DNA from: an uncultured Gammaproteobacteria bacterium
GTDB lineage: Bacteria > Pseudomonadota > Gammaproteobacteria > SZUA-229
NCBI GenBank assembly: GCA_937998645.1
Contig: CALLCZ010000052.1
Coordinates: 2,724-66,723 of the forward strand
Length of the DNA: 64,000 nt
Direction of reading: 5' to 3'
The position numbers were made by a program, and so were the translations under genes. Under the pieces are notes generated by a model. The model saw only the letters and a program-made list of their open reading frames with translations. It was not told the DNA's origin and did not search any database. Every line of letters begins with the position of its first letter. The first letter of the stretch is position 1. This document shows positions 10,421 through 21,600 of the stretch, piece after piece.

Positions 10421-12536
10421 AGTCATAGTTCATTTGCGCCTGCGGTTCCTGCAGGAAGTAACCCTGGATAAAGTTCACGCCCATTCCCCATAATAAAGAC
10501 AGGCTGTTAGCGTCTTTTACGAACTGCGCAATAGTGGATTTACCAGACGCAGTAGCCTGTTCGGCAATTTTCCTGATGGTTTCCTGGCTTTGTGGATTGT
10601 CAGCAAGATCATCCATGAAGCTCTTGTCCAGTCTTATATAGTCGGCATCAACATGCTCAAGCAGCTGGAACGGGTTGGTGCCTGATCCAAAGTCATCCAG
10701 TACAAAACCACACTTGATTTTCTTCAGGCTGTTGGCCAGGTCTTTGGCATTTTTCAGGTTGGTTACCGCAACCGATTCCTTGACGACGAAAATTAACGAG
10801 TTCTCCGGCAGGCTCTTGTCCTTGATCTGGAAATCGACCCATTCGATCAGTGTCTCGTCCTTGATTGATGCAGCTGACAGTTTGATGAAAAAGCGTGTTT
10901 TTTTGCCTTTCTGATTGCGTTTGACTACATCCTGTATCGCTCTATACAGTACCCAGCGATCGATTGCCGTAGACATGCCTATGCGTTCAGCGGCAGGCAG
11001 AAATTCATGTGGCATGATCATGTCCTTGCCATCTTCCCCGAACATGCGTACGAATACTTCATAGCGCTCATCGGGGTCGCCATGAAGGCTTATAATTGGT
11101 TGGTAGAAGAGCGCAAACCTGTCATCCTTGAGTGCCTGGGTCAACTGTTCTTTGAAAAGCGAATCAACTTCATGCCTTGTCAGTTCGCCTTCTTCCGGGA
11201 CGTAGATCTTTATCTGGTTCGTGCCCGCTTGTTCAGCTTCATCAGCAACCTTGTCAGCACGTCGCAGAACTCCATTGGTTTCAGGTGAGTTCTTGTCAAT
11301 CAGTGTAATGCCAATACAGCATGTTGTATTGATTTTTTCATTACCTATATTTACGTCCAGATCCATGATCGCAGTCTGGATTTCTTCTGCATATGCTTGT
11401 GCTGAGTCATTATCCTGATTATAGGCAATAATCGAATAACTGGGATTCATAAATGCAAGTGTATCGTTTTTATGGATCACTTGTTTCAATGTGCTTGCGA
11501 CTTCAACAAAGAACTTGTCGATATCAACTGCGCCTATACGGTTCTTTATGTCTGCAAAATTGTCCAGTCTGATCTCGATTAGTGCGGCAGTGCTCTGTTC
11601 TGATTCACACAGGGATATCGTTTCTTCAAGTTTGTCCAGGCAGTACTGCCGGTTATACAAGCCGGTAAGCTGGTCCTTCTGGCTGAGCTCTTTAAGTCTC
11701 TCTTCGAGTGCTTCGGTATTTGCACCTTCCTGCCGAATGATGACCTGTATGCATGGTTCGCCTTCAATGCTTGCAGGTGAGAACTCCATTTCCCCCTCAA
11801 ATTTTGTACCATCAGGCTTTTGCAGATGGGTCTTATGGACTTCTGTTGTCGCGTCTTTTTGCAAATAGTCGCGCAGAAATGTTTTGAAGCTGTCTCTGTT
11901 ATCGGTTGCAACCATATCCAGTATCGGCATGCTCTCCAGTTCATCGGAGTGCTCTAGTCCAAACAAGTCCAGGTATGAAGCGTTGGAATATACATGCATA
12001 CCTTCATGCACGTAGGCAATAGCATCACGTGAACTGTCGAGTAAGGATGCGCAGCGACGCTCAGACTCGCCCATCGCGGTTTCGAGTTTGTGCATTTGTC
12101 GCCAGCTGCGTAGTGCACAAAGTTCGCGGTTTATTACCATGCGAAGGTGATCCATGTTGTCATATGAAGACAGGTCAGCGGCTCCTTCTCTCATGACTTT
12201 AACAGTCGATTCCTCGTTGCCATTTTTTTGAACAGCAATCACGGGAACGGGTGTGCCGTTCAAATTTTGCCTGATACAGTCACAAACCTCTTTCAGTGAG
12301 ATCAGATCCATTCCTTGTGTGTATAAAACCATATCTGGCTCTTTCTTGCGAATTGCCTCGGACAGGTCCTCTGTGTCTTCAACTCGTGTGGACCGTGCTG
12401 CATAGCCTTCATTACGTAGTGTGCTGACGATTTTTTCTTCTGTATCAAAAGAATCGTCAATCACCACGAGATTAATTTTCTTCTCGTCCACAAATGTTTC
12501 CCTTGGTGCCTCGGCGGCTAATGCATTAATTGACAT
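10401..12536 (-). CDS. Response-regulator receiver + PAS + degenerate GGDEF + EAL-domain protein (likely c-di-GMP phosphodiesterase)
   Basis: 711 aa. N-terminal CheY-like REC (LVVIDDSFDTEEKIVSTL...MVLYTQG). PAS-like middle. GGDEF-like domain lacking the GG(D/E)EF signature. Intact EAL signatures (FALFYQPI, YEVFVRM, LDDFGSG, FIQGYF). Confidence 0.8.
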   Translation of the reverse strand: MSINALAAEAPRETFVDEKKINLVVIDDSFDTEEKIVSTLRNEGYAARSTRVEDTEDLSEAIRKKEPDMVLYTQGMDLISLKEVCDCIRQNLNGTPVPVIAVQKNGNEESTVKVMREGAADLSSYDNMDHLRMVINRELCALRSWRQMHKLETAMGESERRCASLLDSSRDAIAYVHEGMHVYSNASYLDLFGLEHSDELESMPILDMVATDNRDSFKTFLRDYLQKDATTEVHKTHLQKPDGTKFEGEMEFSPASIEGEPCIQVIIRQEGANTEALEERLKELSQKDQLTGLYNRQYCLDKLEETISLCESEQSTAALIEIRLDNFADIKNRIGAVDIDKFFVEVASTLKQVIHKNDTLAFMNPSYSIIAYNQDNDSAQAYAEEIQTAIMDLDVNIGNEKINTTCCIGITLIDKNSPETNGVLRRADKVADEAEQAGTNQIKIYVPEEGELTRHEVDSLFKEQLTQALKDDRFALFYQPIISLHGDPDERYEVFVRMFGEDGKDMIMPHEFLPAAERIGMSTAIDRWVLYRAIQDVVKRNQKGKKTRFFIKLSAASIKDETLIEWVDFQIKDKSLPENSLIFVVKESVAVTNLKNAKDLANSLKKIKCGFVLDDFGSGTNPFQLLEHVDADYIRLDKSFMDDLADNPQSQETIRKIAEQATASGKSTIAQFVKDANSLSLLWGMGVNFIQGYFLQEPQAQMNYDFTDIAG

Positions 12537-12551
12537 AGTTTTTACTTGTTA

Positions 12552-14426
12552 TTAGAGCGATGACCATATTTCGTCAAAATTGTCCTTGTTCCTGGCGGAC
12601 GACCTGGTTTTTTCTTCTTTTTTCATTTTTTCCACGACATCTGTGGGCGTGAACTTGAACTGGGTGAATGAACCTGTGTGTTCTTTAATTGAATCCAGGT
12701 GGATTTCCATTTTTTCTCCCTGGTCATGGTCCTTATCCTGGCCCTGATTCTGTTCCTGGTTCTGCTCCAGTACGTTGATTTTCAGTTTGTCACCGGGTCT
12801 GAATGCGTGTGTTGGAAGCAGTACACTCATTGGCAGCTCCAGGGCTTTTATAGCTGGCAGCATCAGGCACTCGAAAGGTTCTTCATTAGGTCTGTTGCTG
12901 CGTTGGACTGTGGCGGACATAACCTTGGGTGACAGTACCTGGACACCAATTTCCAGGCCGCTTTCCCGGATGAATTGCATCCACCGAATTACGCCGATTC
13001 GCCATGTGAGGCTTCCATCAGGTTCGTTTTCACGTAATGCGATGGGCTCGCCTACTTGTGCTCTGGAGGTGGTATCTGAATTCCAGCGAAGACAATAACC
13101 GCCAGGACTGATATTAACTATCTCCCAGTGTTTGTCATATTTGTTAAACAGTCCAAGTTTGGTGTTTTCCTGAAACTGCCTTTCTTTAGCATAAGCGTCC
13201 GTTAGAACTTTGTTTTTAGCTACAAGGTCCCAGGGATTTTCATTATCACTGCCTATTTCATGGTGAGTCATGTAAGTTGATTCAACCTCCGACTCACTGT
13301 CTTTTAAATCTTCAGGTATGGTTTCCAGGGAAATATTAAGCTGGTTGCGTTTCCCGGGAGTTATCACTTCCGGCTCTTCTTCAGCTTTAACTTTACCGGC
13401 GATTTCTCTGGCAGCATTTACCAGGCCTATTGCAGCCTTGATGTGTCCTCGCCTGTCAGCCCGCGAGAAACGACGTTTTGCGCAAACGCCCCATGACATG
13501 GCAAGGACCTGCAATGTTTCAGCAGACAACTGGTCACCAATAGCGAGCTTTCCTTCCGTGTTTTGAGCGCTGTTGATGTCTTTACGTATGGTATCGACGA
13601 GCTCTGATGTTTCAAGTGTGCGGATCTCGGATGTGCCGTTACAGTCTTCCATTGACAGGTAATTCGGTGCGCGGTCCTGGTCGATTCTGGAACAGAAAAA
13701 TCTATTGACCTGGTGTTCCCGTGCCTCTTTTCCGAGTTTTGTCTGGTCGGCCCATTCTGCCAGTTTGTTATATACGCGTTCCGAGTCGCTTTGTCTCAGC
13801 GCCGAGGGGCGTGCCAGCGCGAACAGCATTACCTGTTTGTAGTAGTCGGCAATGCTGGCTTTACTCAGCTTGTATTCAACGTCAGGTATCGCCTTGTTGT
13901 GGATGCCCTGTTGTTCGGCATAGGCATACAGCTGGTGTATGTCGTACCAGGTGCCTACCGGATAGGGTTCATAGATTTCGCTGGCCCTTAACAGGAGCTC
14001 GGCCATATAACGTATCGCACGCAGTATCGCTATATTTTGCGTCTTTGAATCAACCTTTTTATCCAGGCCGTTTGCGGCTTCAAAAATAATGATCTTGTAG
14101 CCGTAGGACATTTCCTTCAGTAACGACTGGTTCAGGTTTACTATTTTCTGGCTTTTCTCAGGTAAGGGCAGGGTGCGATTAATGAAATATTTTTCCAGGT
14201 TGTCGAAAATGTTGCGCACCGGTTCGCGCAACAGTTCCAGATCTTCTATGCGATATTTGTTAGGCATGGTCTGGCGGTTCAGATCACGCAAGGCGCTGTA
14301 AATCTGCCGCGTCATTTCACCCATGTTGGCATGGGGTAAGCCCGCCAGCCATTTTTTCAGCTTGCGCGGGTGATTTGGAATCGCTCCCTTAGCGGGAGTA
14401 TTTTGTTCGGGTATATGTAGTTTCAT
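12552..14426 (-). CDS. Hypothetical 624-aa protein; possible PilZ-type c-di-GMP receptor (tentative)
   Basis: Long ORF co-directional with, and 15 nt from, the EAL gene. C-terminal segment ...HWEIVNISPGGYCLRWNSD... resembles the (D/N)xSxxG half of a PilZ motif. No clear RxxxR half was found, so the domain call is weak. Confidence 0.45.
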   Translation of the reverse strand: MKLHIPEQNTPAKGAIPNHPRKLKKWLAGLPHANMGEMTRQIYSALRDLNRQTMPNKYRIEDLELLREPVRNIFDNLEKYFINRTLPLPEKSQKIVNLNQSLLKEMSYGYKIIIFEAANGLDKKVDSKTQNIAILRAIRYMAELLLRASEIYEPYPVGTWYDIHQLYAYAEQQGIHNKAIPDVEYKLSKASIADYYKQVMLFALARPSALRQSDSERVYNKLAEWADQTKLGKEAREHQVNRFFCSRIDQDRAPNYLSMEDCNGTSEIRTLETSELVDTIRKDINSAQNTEGKLAIGDQLSAETLQVLAMSWGVCAKRRFSRADRRGHIKAAIGLVNAAREIAGKVKAEEEPEVITPGKRNQLNISLETIPEDLKDSESEVESTYMTHHEIGSDNENPWDLVAKNKVLTDAYAKERQFQENTKLGLFNKYDKHWEIVNISPGGYCLRWNSDTTSRAQVGEPIALRENEPDGSLTWRIGVIRWMQFIRESGLEIGVQVLSPKVMSATVQRSNRPNEEPFECLMLPAIKALELPMSVLLPTHAFRPGDKLKINVLEQNQEQNQGQDKDHDQGEKMEIHLDSIKEHTGSFTQFKFTPTDVVEKMKKEEKTRSSARNKDNFDEIWSSL

Positions 14427-14541
14427 TGTCAGTCAGTTCACTATCCAGCCCTGTAGGCCTGCCTGATCTCAATCTTGTTTTATAAAACAAGGAGATAGTT
14501 ATGTTTTTATTGTTTGTAACTGAAATACTGATAATTGTAGC

Positions 14542-15546
14542 TCAGATAGTGAAAATTGCTGTTTTTGAGGCTTCACCCGGCATTTCCTTTACCAGCCGGG
14601 GCACCAGGAATCCGGGAAGCTCTTGTTTGAGCGTATTCTGTATCTCAATAGCCCTGTTCCTTGGGACATCGAAATGCATTGCGCCCTGAACGGGGTCCAG
14701 CATGTGTAAATAGTATGGCAGTACTCCGGCCTGATACAAACGCTTGCTCAGAGAAATGAGTGACGCGGCGGAATCGTTAACACCCTTTAACAGTACGCTT
14801 TGATTGAGCAGGGTAATACCTGTCGCAGCCAGCCGTTGCAGTGCTTCAAGTTCGTCACGCATCAGTTCATTGGCGTGATTGGCGTGGATCACAAGCGTTA
14901 TTCTGAATCGCAGCTTTTGTAAAAGTGTGATCAGCCCATTATCAATGCGCGAGGGCAGTACAACCGGGAGCCGCGTATGAATGCGCAGCCATTGTATATG
15001 TGGAATTTGTTCGAGTGCAGTGCACAGGCGCTCCAGTTTTTTATTATCCAGTACCAGCGGGTCGCCGCCGCTCAGGATAACTTCATGGACATCATCGTGC
15101 GTGCGCAGGTATTCGATCGCCCGTTGCCACTCATTTTTGCGTGGATTTGAACTGGAGTAGGGAAAATGGCGCCTGAAGCAATATCGACAGTGTATTGCGC
15201 AGGCGCCGGTTGTTACCAGTAAAACACGCCCTTTGTACTTATGCAGCAGTCCGGGTGTTGCCATCGCATTGAGATCCCCCACGGGATCCGTGAGTCCGGA
15301 GAGTGCGTTTTCTGATGCGGCCGGCAGCACCTGCATCAGCAGCGGATCATCAGCATCGCCCTTTTGCATTTTATTAACAAACGACCTCGGTACACGCAGG
15401 CTGAAATCGGAATTTCGAACGGGTTTGTTTTTTATATGCTCGAGTCCAAGCTCGTATAATAATTCATCGACAGAGGTTATAGCGTTGGCCAGCTCGAACT
15501 GCCAGTCAGTGGATTCGCCGGCTTTTAGCAACTTGATATTGCGCAT
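14542..15546 (-). CDS. epmB: EF-P beta-lysylation protein EpmB (lysine 2,3-aminomutase-like radical SAM enzyme)
   Basis: 334 aa. Radical-SAM CxxxCxxC (CAIHCRYCFRR). KamA-family similarity. Divergent from efp and next to epmA. Confidence 0.85.
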   Translation of the reverse strand: MRNIKLLKAGESTDWQFELANAITSVDELLYELGLEHIKNKPVRNSDFSLRVPRSFVNKMQKGDADDPLLMQVLPAASENALSGLTDPVGDLNAMATPGLLHKYKGRVLLVTTGACAIHCRYCFRRHFPYSSSNPRKNEWQRAIEYLRTHDDVHEVILSGGDPLVLDNKKLERLCTALEQIPHIQWLRIHTRLPVVLPSRIDNGLITLLQKLRFRITLVIHANHANELMRDELEALQRLAATGITLLNQSVLLKGVNDSAASLISLSKRLYQAGVLPYYLHMLDPVQGAMHFDVPRNRAIEIQNTLKQELPGFLVPRLVKEMPGEASKTAIFTI

Positions 15547-15618
15547 ATGTACTGATTCGGCGTGTGCTCTAAACGGTATTCGGGTAAGATTACGCCCTGA
15601 ATTTAACAGGTTAAAAGC

Positions 15619-16182
15619 ATGGCATCATACAACACAAACGAATTTAAGAACGGATTGAAAATCATGCTGGATGGCGATCCGTGTTCTATTACTGAAAATA
15701 TTCTTGTCAAACCCGGTAAAGGCCAGGCGTTCAATCGTGTCAAGGTGAAGAACCTGAAGACCGGACGCACCCTCGAGCGTACATTCAAAGCCACCGAATC
15801 GGTTGAAGCTGCTGATGTTGAAGACATCGACGTGGAATTTTTATACACAGACGGCGAATACTGGCATTTTATGGAACCGGAAACTTATGAACAGCATGCT
15901 GCGGACGGTGTTGCAGTTGGCGATGCGTCCAAATGGATCAAGGGCCAGGAAAGCTGCGTGATGACATTATGGAACGGCGCACCACTGTCAATAACCCCGC
16001 CTAATTTCGTAGAGCTCACTGTGATGCAGACCGACCCGGGTCTCAAGGGCGACACTGCGCAGGGGGGCTCCAAGCCGGCAACACTGGAGACAGGTACGGA
16101 GGTCAAGGTGCCGCTATTCATTGATGAAGGTGATGTGCTGAAAATTGACACCAGAAACGGTGAGTATGTTTCCAGGGCCTGA
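15619..16182 (+). CDS. efp: Translation elongation factor P
   Basis: 187 aa. [24 protein letters not shown]...KPGKGQAF; the conserved modified-Lys loop (PGKGQA) is present. Confidence 0.95.
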   Translation: MASYNTNEFKNGLKIMLDGDPCSITENILVKPGKGQAFNRVKVKNLKTGRTLERTFKATESVEAADVEDIDVEFLYTDGEYWHFMEPETYEQHAADGVAVGDASKWIKGQESCVMTLWNGAPLSITPPNFVELTVMQTDPGLKGDTAQGGSKPATLETGTEVKVPLFIDEGDVLKIDTRNGEYVSRA

Positions 16183-17165
16183 TGCCGGCTATGAGTGAGA
16201 GCTGGCGACCAGCAGCATCCAGAGAAGTCATGCAGTTAAGGGCCCGTATGTTGAGAGACATACGGGCCTTTTTTGATCAGCGCGGCGTGCTTGAAGTAGA
16301 AACGCCCTTGTTGTCTTCAGCATCTACAACAGATCCCAATATCAACAGTTTCTCTACTCGCTATCAACATCAGCGCCTTTATCTGAATACATCCCCTGAA
16401 TACTGTATGAAGCGCTTGCTGGCTGCCCACGGTGATTCGATCTACCAGGTCTGCAAGTCGTTTCGTGATGGCGAACTGGGACCGAATCATAATCCAGAAT
16501 TCACCATGCTGGAATGGTATCGACCAGGGTTTGACATGTTTGAGCTGATGGATGAGCTTGGAGACCTGGTGCAGATGCTGGCTGGCAATTACTCACTCAA
16601 AAGCGACAGTGTGCAAAAAATCAGTTACGCCGAAGCTTACCAGCATGCTGCTGGCATCAATCCGCATGCGACCTCGGCAGATGAATGTCGCAGCTGTGCT
16701 GTGAAACACAGTATCGAGCAACCGGTAGGTCTCGAAGATAATATTGATGAGTGGCTTGACTGGCTATTGACGCAACTGGTCATGCCGACATTTCAGGCTG
16801 ATGGCTTCACCTTTATATATGACTATCCTGAGTCACAGGCAGCGTTGGCGAAGTTGTATAAAAATCAGCACGGCTTTAATGTTGCCGCACGGTTTGAACT
16901 GTTTTATGGTGATACAGAACTGGCCAATGGTTATAATGAATTGCTTGATGCAGACGAACAGCGTCGACGATTTGAACACGAGAACAGGCAACGTGTTAAA
17001 ACCGGGTTGCAGCTATCGATCATCGATGAGAAATTTCTGGAAGCGCTTGAACATGGCTTGCCGGCATGCAGCGGGGTCGCGGTAGGTCTGGACAGATTGC
17101 TGATGTTACTCACCGGCGTAGACAAACTCGAACGGATTCTTGCCTTCCCTTTTCCACGAATTTAA
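16182..17165 (+). CDS. epmA: EF-P--(R)-beta-lysine ligase EpmA (GenX/PoxA, lysyl-tRNA synthetase paralog)
   Basis: 327 aa. Class-II aaRS core motifs (FTMLEWY, GLDRLLMLLTG). Start overlaps the efp stop (ATGA-type coupling). Confidence 0.9.
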   Translation: MPAMSESWRPAASREVMQLRARMLRDIRAFFDQRGVLEVETPLLSSASTTDPNINSFSTRYQHQRLYLNTSPEYCMKRLLAAHGDSIYQVCKSFRDGELGPNHNPEFTMLEWYRPGFDMFELMDELGDLVQMLAGNYSLKSDSVQKISYAEAYQHAAGINPHATSADECRSCAVKHSIEQPVGLEDNIDEWLDWLLTQLVMPTFQADGFTFIYDYPESQAALAKLYKNQHGFNVAARFELFYGDTELANGYNELLDADEQRRRFEHENRQRVKTGLQLSIIDEKFLEALEHGLPACSGVAVGLDRLLMLLTGVDKLERILAFPFPRI

Positions 17166-17383
17166 CAACTTCTCAAGCAGGCAAGCTATATTTAGTCTGT
17201 ATATCAAATGATGAATCGGGGCTAAAGTGTAAGGTTTTCCGACTGACGAATGCACTTGAAATCATTATTAAAAACAGGCATTCTGAAAAGGACACGTATC
17301 GCAATGAGGCGATATATTCCTCTGCGCTTGGCCTCTAGCATACAAATTCATTCTGTAAATGAACATGAAGGGTAACTTCAGGC

Positions 17384-18517
17384 ATGTCGAAAATGAGCAA
17401 ATTCCCTAGAATTCTTTTCTTTCTATTCGGCTTTATAGCCAGCACTGCACAGGCAGATAACATCGTTACTGTCGGTGTGGCACCGCATGGTGGTTATGTC
17501 ATTCTTGGGGGTACTGTAATACCGCTCAAGGAAGTAACACTGTCTGCACAGATTCCGGGCATCGTTCAAACCCTGGCAGGTGAAGAGGGTGACAGCTTCA
17601 CTGCAGGTGCTGAACTGGTAACCATTAATGATGACGAGCTACAGGCCAAAAAGCGCGCTGCAGAAGCGCAGCTGAGTGCAGCCTACACCGCCATGCAAAA
17701 TGCGCAGGTTCAATACACCCGGGAATTGTGGAACCCGAGTATTTACAACCCACGACCGATGGGCGGCATGGCGATGCCTACCATGTTTGACTCATTCTTT
17801 GACGGCGGTCGAGGAGACTTCATGGGTAGTGGTAGTGACAAGGGTATTGAACGCCATGCGGACCTGGTGACGCAGGGTACACAGGTGCAGACTGCCCAAT
17901 CAAGAATTCAACAGGCTGAATCGGGTCTGCGAGAAATCGAAGCCAAGATTCGTGATGCCAAATCAACGGCACCGTTTGACGGTGTCATTACCGACAAGCT
18001 GGTCGAGGTGGGCGATACGGTACAGCCCGGTCAGCCACTGCTGAGATTCTCCTATTCGAAGTTTCTACGCATCCAGGCTGAAGTTCCGGCCCGACTGGTG
18101 CCAGGATTGCACAAGGACATGGTGGTGCCGGCCAGGCTTGATGTCAATAACACCAAGGTCAATGCTCGCGTAGCGCTGATTGCGCCAGAAGCGGACAGGC
18201 AGCAGCACACTATTACTGTCAAATTTGACCTTCCCGAGGGTGTGCCAGGTGGGCCCGGCATGTATGCAGAAGTCATGATTCCGGACATTAATTCACCGAC
18301 CAAGGCACTGCCGGTGATACCCAAATCGGCAATCATCAAGCGAGGAAGTTTACCGTCAGTCAGAGTGCTTGATGATGAGGGCAAACCCAAAATGCGCCTG
18401 ATACGCACAGGTATCGAGCTGGATGCAAACCACGTTATCGTGCTTTCCGGTTTGAAACCGGGTGAGCGCATACTGACATCCGAGGAAAAACCGCCGGCAA
18501 ACTGGGAGCAGCCGTAA
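17384..18517 (+). CDS. RND efflux periplasmic adaptor (membrane fusion protein, HlyD family)
   Basis: 377 aa. Signal/anchor (MSKMSKFPRILFFLFGFIASTAQA). Coiled-coil hairpin region. Lipoyl and beta-barrel regions. Immediately upstream of the RND permease. Confidence 0.85.
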   Translation: MSKMSKFPRILFFLFGFIASTAQADNIVTVGVAPHGGYVILGGTVIPLKEVTLSAQIPGIVQTLAGEEGDSFTAGAELVTINDDELQAKKRAAEAQLSAAYTAMQNAQVQYTRELWNPSIYNPRPMGGMAMPTMFDSFFDGGRGDFMGSGSDKGIERHADLVTQGTQVQTAQSRIQQAESGLREIEAKIRDAKSTAPFDGVITDKLVEVGDTVQPGQPLLRFSYSKFLRIQAEVPARLVPGLHKDMVVPARLDVNNTKVNARVALIAPEADRQQHTITVKFDLPEGVPGGPGMYAEVMIPDINSPTKALPVIPKSAIIKRGSLPSVRVLDDEGKPKMRLIRTGIELDANHVIVLSGLKPGERILTSEEKPPANWEQP

Positions 18518-18632
18518 ATACTATTTCTGTTGCTGCAGGTTGAAAGTATCTCCAAAAGTACGCCGCATGCAGCATGGACGGTTCGCCGTGTAGCCGGCGG
18601 ATATTAAAAACCAGAATGAGCTAAATGAAGCA

Positions 18633-21600
18633 ATGGCAGACGAACAGGACAAAGACAAAGACACAGGCGAGGCGCAGGCCTCATCCGAGAATACTGATAA
18701 TTCCAGCGAAGTACCCCAGGTGCCTGAGAGCACTGGCCAGGAGCATTATGATCTAGGCATAGCGGGAAATATAGCGAACAAGTTTATCAACACGCCGGTA
18801 ACACCGATGCTGTTGATTGCTGCATTACTGGTTGGTGTCATGGGCCTGATCTTCACGCCGAGGCAGGAAGACCCGAAGATCTCGGTACCGATGATCGATC
18901 TGTATGTATCCTATCCAGGTGCTTCGGTGTACCAGGTGGAGTCGCTGGTGACAGACCCGCTGGAACGCCTGATGGATGAAATACCGGGTGTACGTCATAC
19001 CTATTCTGCAACGATGCGGGGCCAGGCGATTGTCACCGTTCGCTTCTTCGTCGGTGAAGACCTCGGCGAATCCATCGTCAAGGTGCATGACAAGATCCGG
19101 TCCAATATGGACAAGATTCCACCGGATGTGTCCATGCCGCTGGTCAAACCGGTGGCAATCGATGATGTTCCAACCGTCAGCGTAACGCTCTGGTCCAAGG
19201 AGGTTGATGACAGCACGCTGCGTATCCTGGCCAATGACGTGCTACAGGAACTGGGGCAGGTCAAAAACACCGGTAAAGGCTTTGTTGTAGGCGGGCGCGC
19301 TGACCAGATAAGAGTGGAAGTCATGCCCGAGCGACTGGCAGGCTACAACCTCAGTTTGCAGCAGGTTGCCAATACCGTTACAGCTGCCAATGCGGAATCC
19401 AATGTCGGTGCAGTCGAAGCCGGCAGTACTTCGTTCTCAGTTTATTCGGGCACCTTCCTCAAGACGGCGGATTCCATCAAGCGCCTGGTGGTCGGTACAT
19501 TTAATGGCGCACCCATCTATATGCGTGATGTGGCCAATGTGTTTCACGGGCCTGAGGATGCCAAGCAGGTCTCTTATTACTATGCAGGCCCGGCATACGA
19601 AGGTGAACACAGGGCTAACGGAGATGCGGCTGTCACTATCGCCATTGCCAAAAAAGAAGATACCAACGGTGTAACGGTATCAAAAGCAGTTCTGAAAAAA
19701 ATTGATTCGCTGAAAGGCCGGCTTATTCCGGACAATGTTCACGTAGAAGTTACACGCGATTACGGCAAGACGGCCAACGACAAGGTCAATGAGCTGTTGA
19801 TGGCCATGTTCGAGGCGGCCCTGATCGTGTCTGTTCTGTGCCTGATTGGCCTGGGTGCCCGCGCCGCCTTTGTTGTTATCACGGTCATTCCGGTGGTGAT
19901 TCTGCTGACAATATGGTGGGCGATGATGGTGGATTACACCATTGACCGCGTCAGCCTGTTCGCCCTGATTTTCTCCATTGGTATCCTGGTCGATGATGCC
20001 ACCGTGGTGGTGGAAAACATCTTCCGGCACTGGCTGGTCAAGGGACGAACCACCATCACCGACGCGGTCGACGCGGTGCGTGAGGTCGGCAATCCGACCA
20101 TACTGGCGACTTTTACCATTATTGCCGCACTGCTACCGATGGGCTGGGTCAGCGGTCTGATGGGTCCCTATATGCGCCCGATCCCGGTACTGGGTTCATC
20201 GGCCATGTTCTTCTCGCTGGTTGCCGCCTTTATCTTTACGCCCTGGTTCGCAATGAAAGTACGGCCCAAGATGGCGGCGCTGGAAGCGGCAGAAAGGCGC
20301 GAACAACGCACCCATAAAGTCATCGGCAAATTTTACCGCCCGCTAATCATGCCGCTGGTTAACAGCCGCAAGCTCGGCATACTCTTCCTGGTTAGCATTA
20401 TTGGTATAACCGCGGCGACCTGTCTGCTGTTCTATCCGACGCAGTGGGTGCCGGTGAAGATGCTGCCATTCGACAACAAGCCCGAGTTCAGTGTCATTAT
20501 CAACATGCCGGAAGGTACCGCGATGCCGGTCACTGCCAATGTTGCGCACGAACTCGCGGAAGCGGTAAAAGCCATTCCCGAAGTGACGGCCGTGCAATCC
20601 TATGCCGGTACTGCACAGCCTTTCAACTTCAATGGCATGGTGCGTCATTACTACTTGCGCAGCAGGCCATGGGAAGGTGACCTGCTGGTGTTGCTGAAAG
20701 ATAAGAATGAGCGTGAACGGGGCAGCCATGCGATTGCGGTAGAAGCGCGTTCGATTCTCAAGCCGATAGCAGACAGACTGGGCGCAAAAATCGCGGTTGT
20801 AGAAATGCCGCCGGGTCCGCCCGTGCTGCAAACCATGGTTACCGAGATCCATGGGCCTGATGAAGAGACGCGGCGTGAAGTTGCAAGCAAGATGACCGAG
20901 TTCTTTGAACAGGCTGAAGGCGTTGTCGATGTCGATAATTACATGGCCGAACCATCCAATTACTGGCGTTTCGAGATCAATGTCGACAAGGCGGCCCGTC
21001 GAGGTATTTCGGTTGAAAGCATCAACGGTACGCTGGCGATGGCCATGGGTGGCTATCGCCTCGGTGATGTCAAGCTCGCTTCAGTGATAGAACCTACCTT
21101 TATTGTTATCCAGGTACCGCTGGCGACCCGTTCGCAGGTTAGCCAGTTGAGCAACCTGCCGGTCGTGAGTGCTTCCGGCACCGCAGTACCCCTGGGTGAA
21201 CTGGGTGATTTTGTGCTGCAGCAGGAAGAGCCCGTCATCTATCACAAGGACTTGCGTGCCATTGAATACGTAGTTGGAGAAATGGAAGGTCGCCTGGGTG
21301 CGCCGATATACGGCATGTTCAATGTTGAGGCTTTCACCGATGAATACACCACGCCTGACGGTGTAATCATGCAGGGCATGCCGATGAATCTTATCGGACC
21401 ACCGAGTGACGACGAAAAGTCCGGCTTCGAATGGACCGGTGAATGGACTGTGACTTTCGAAACCTTCCGCGACATGGGCATTGCGTTCATGGCTGCGCTG
21501 GTGTTGATCTACGGTCTGATCGTGTATGAGTTCCGTGATTTTGCGATCGCGGGGCTGATTATGTCACCGATTCCCGTCACCATGATCGGTATTGTTCCGG

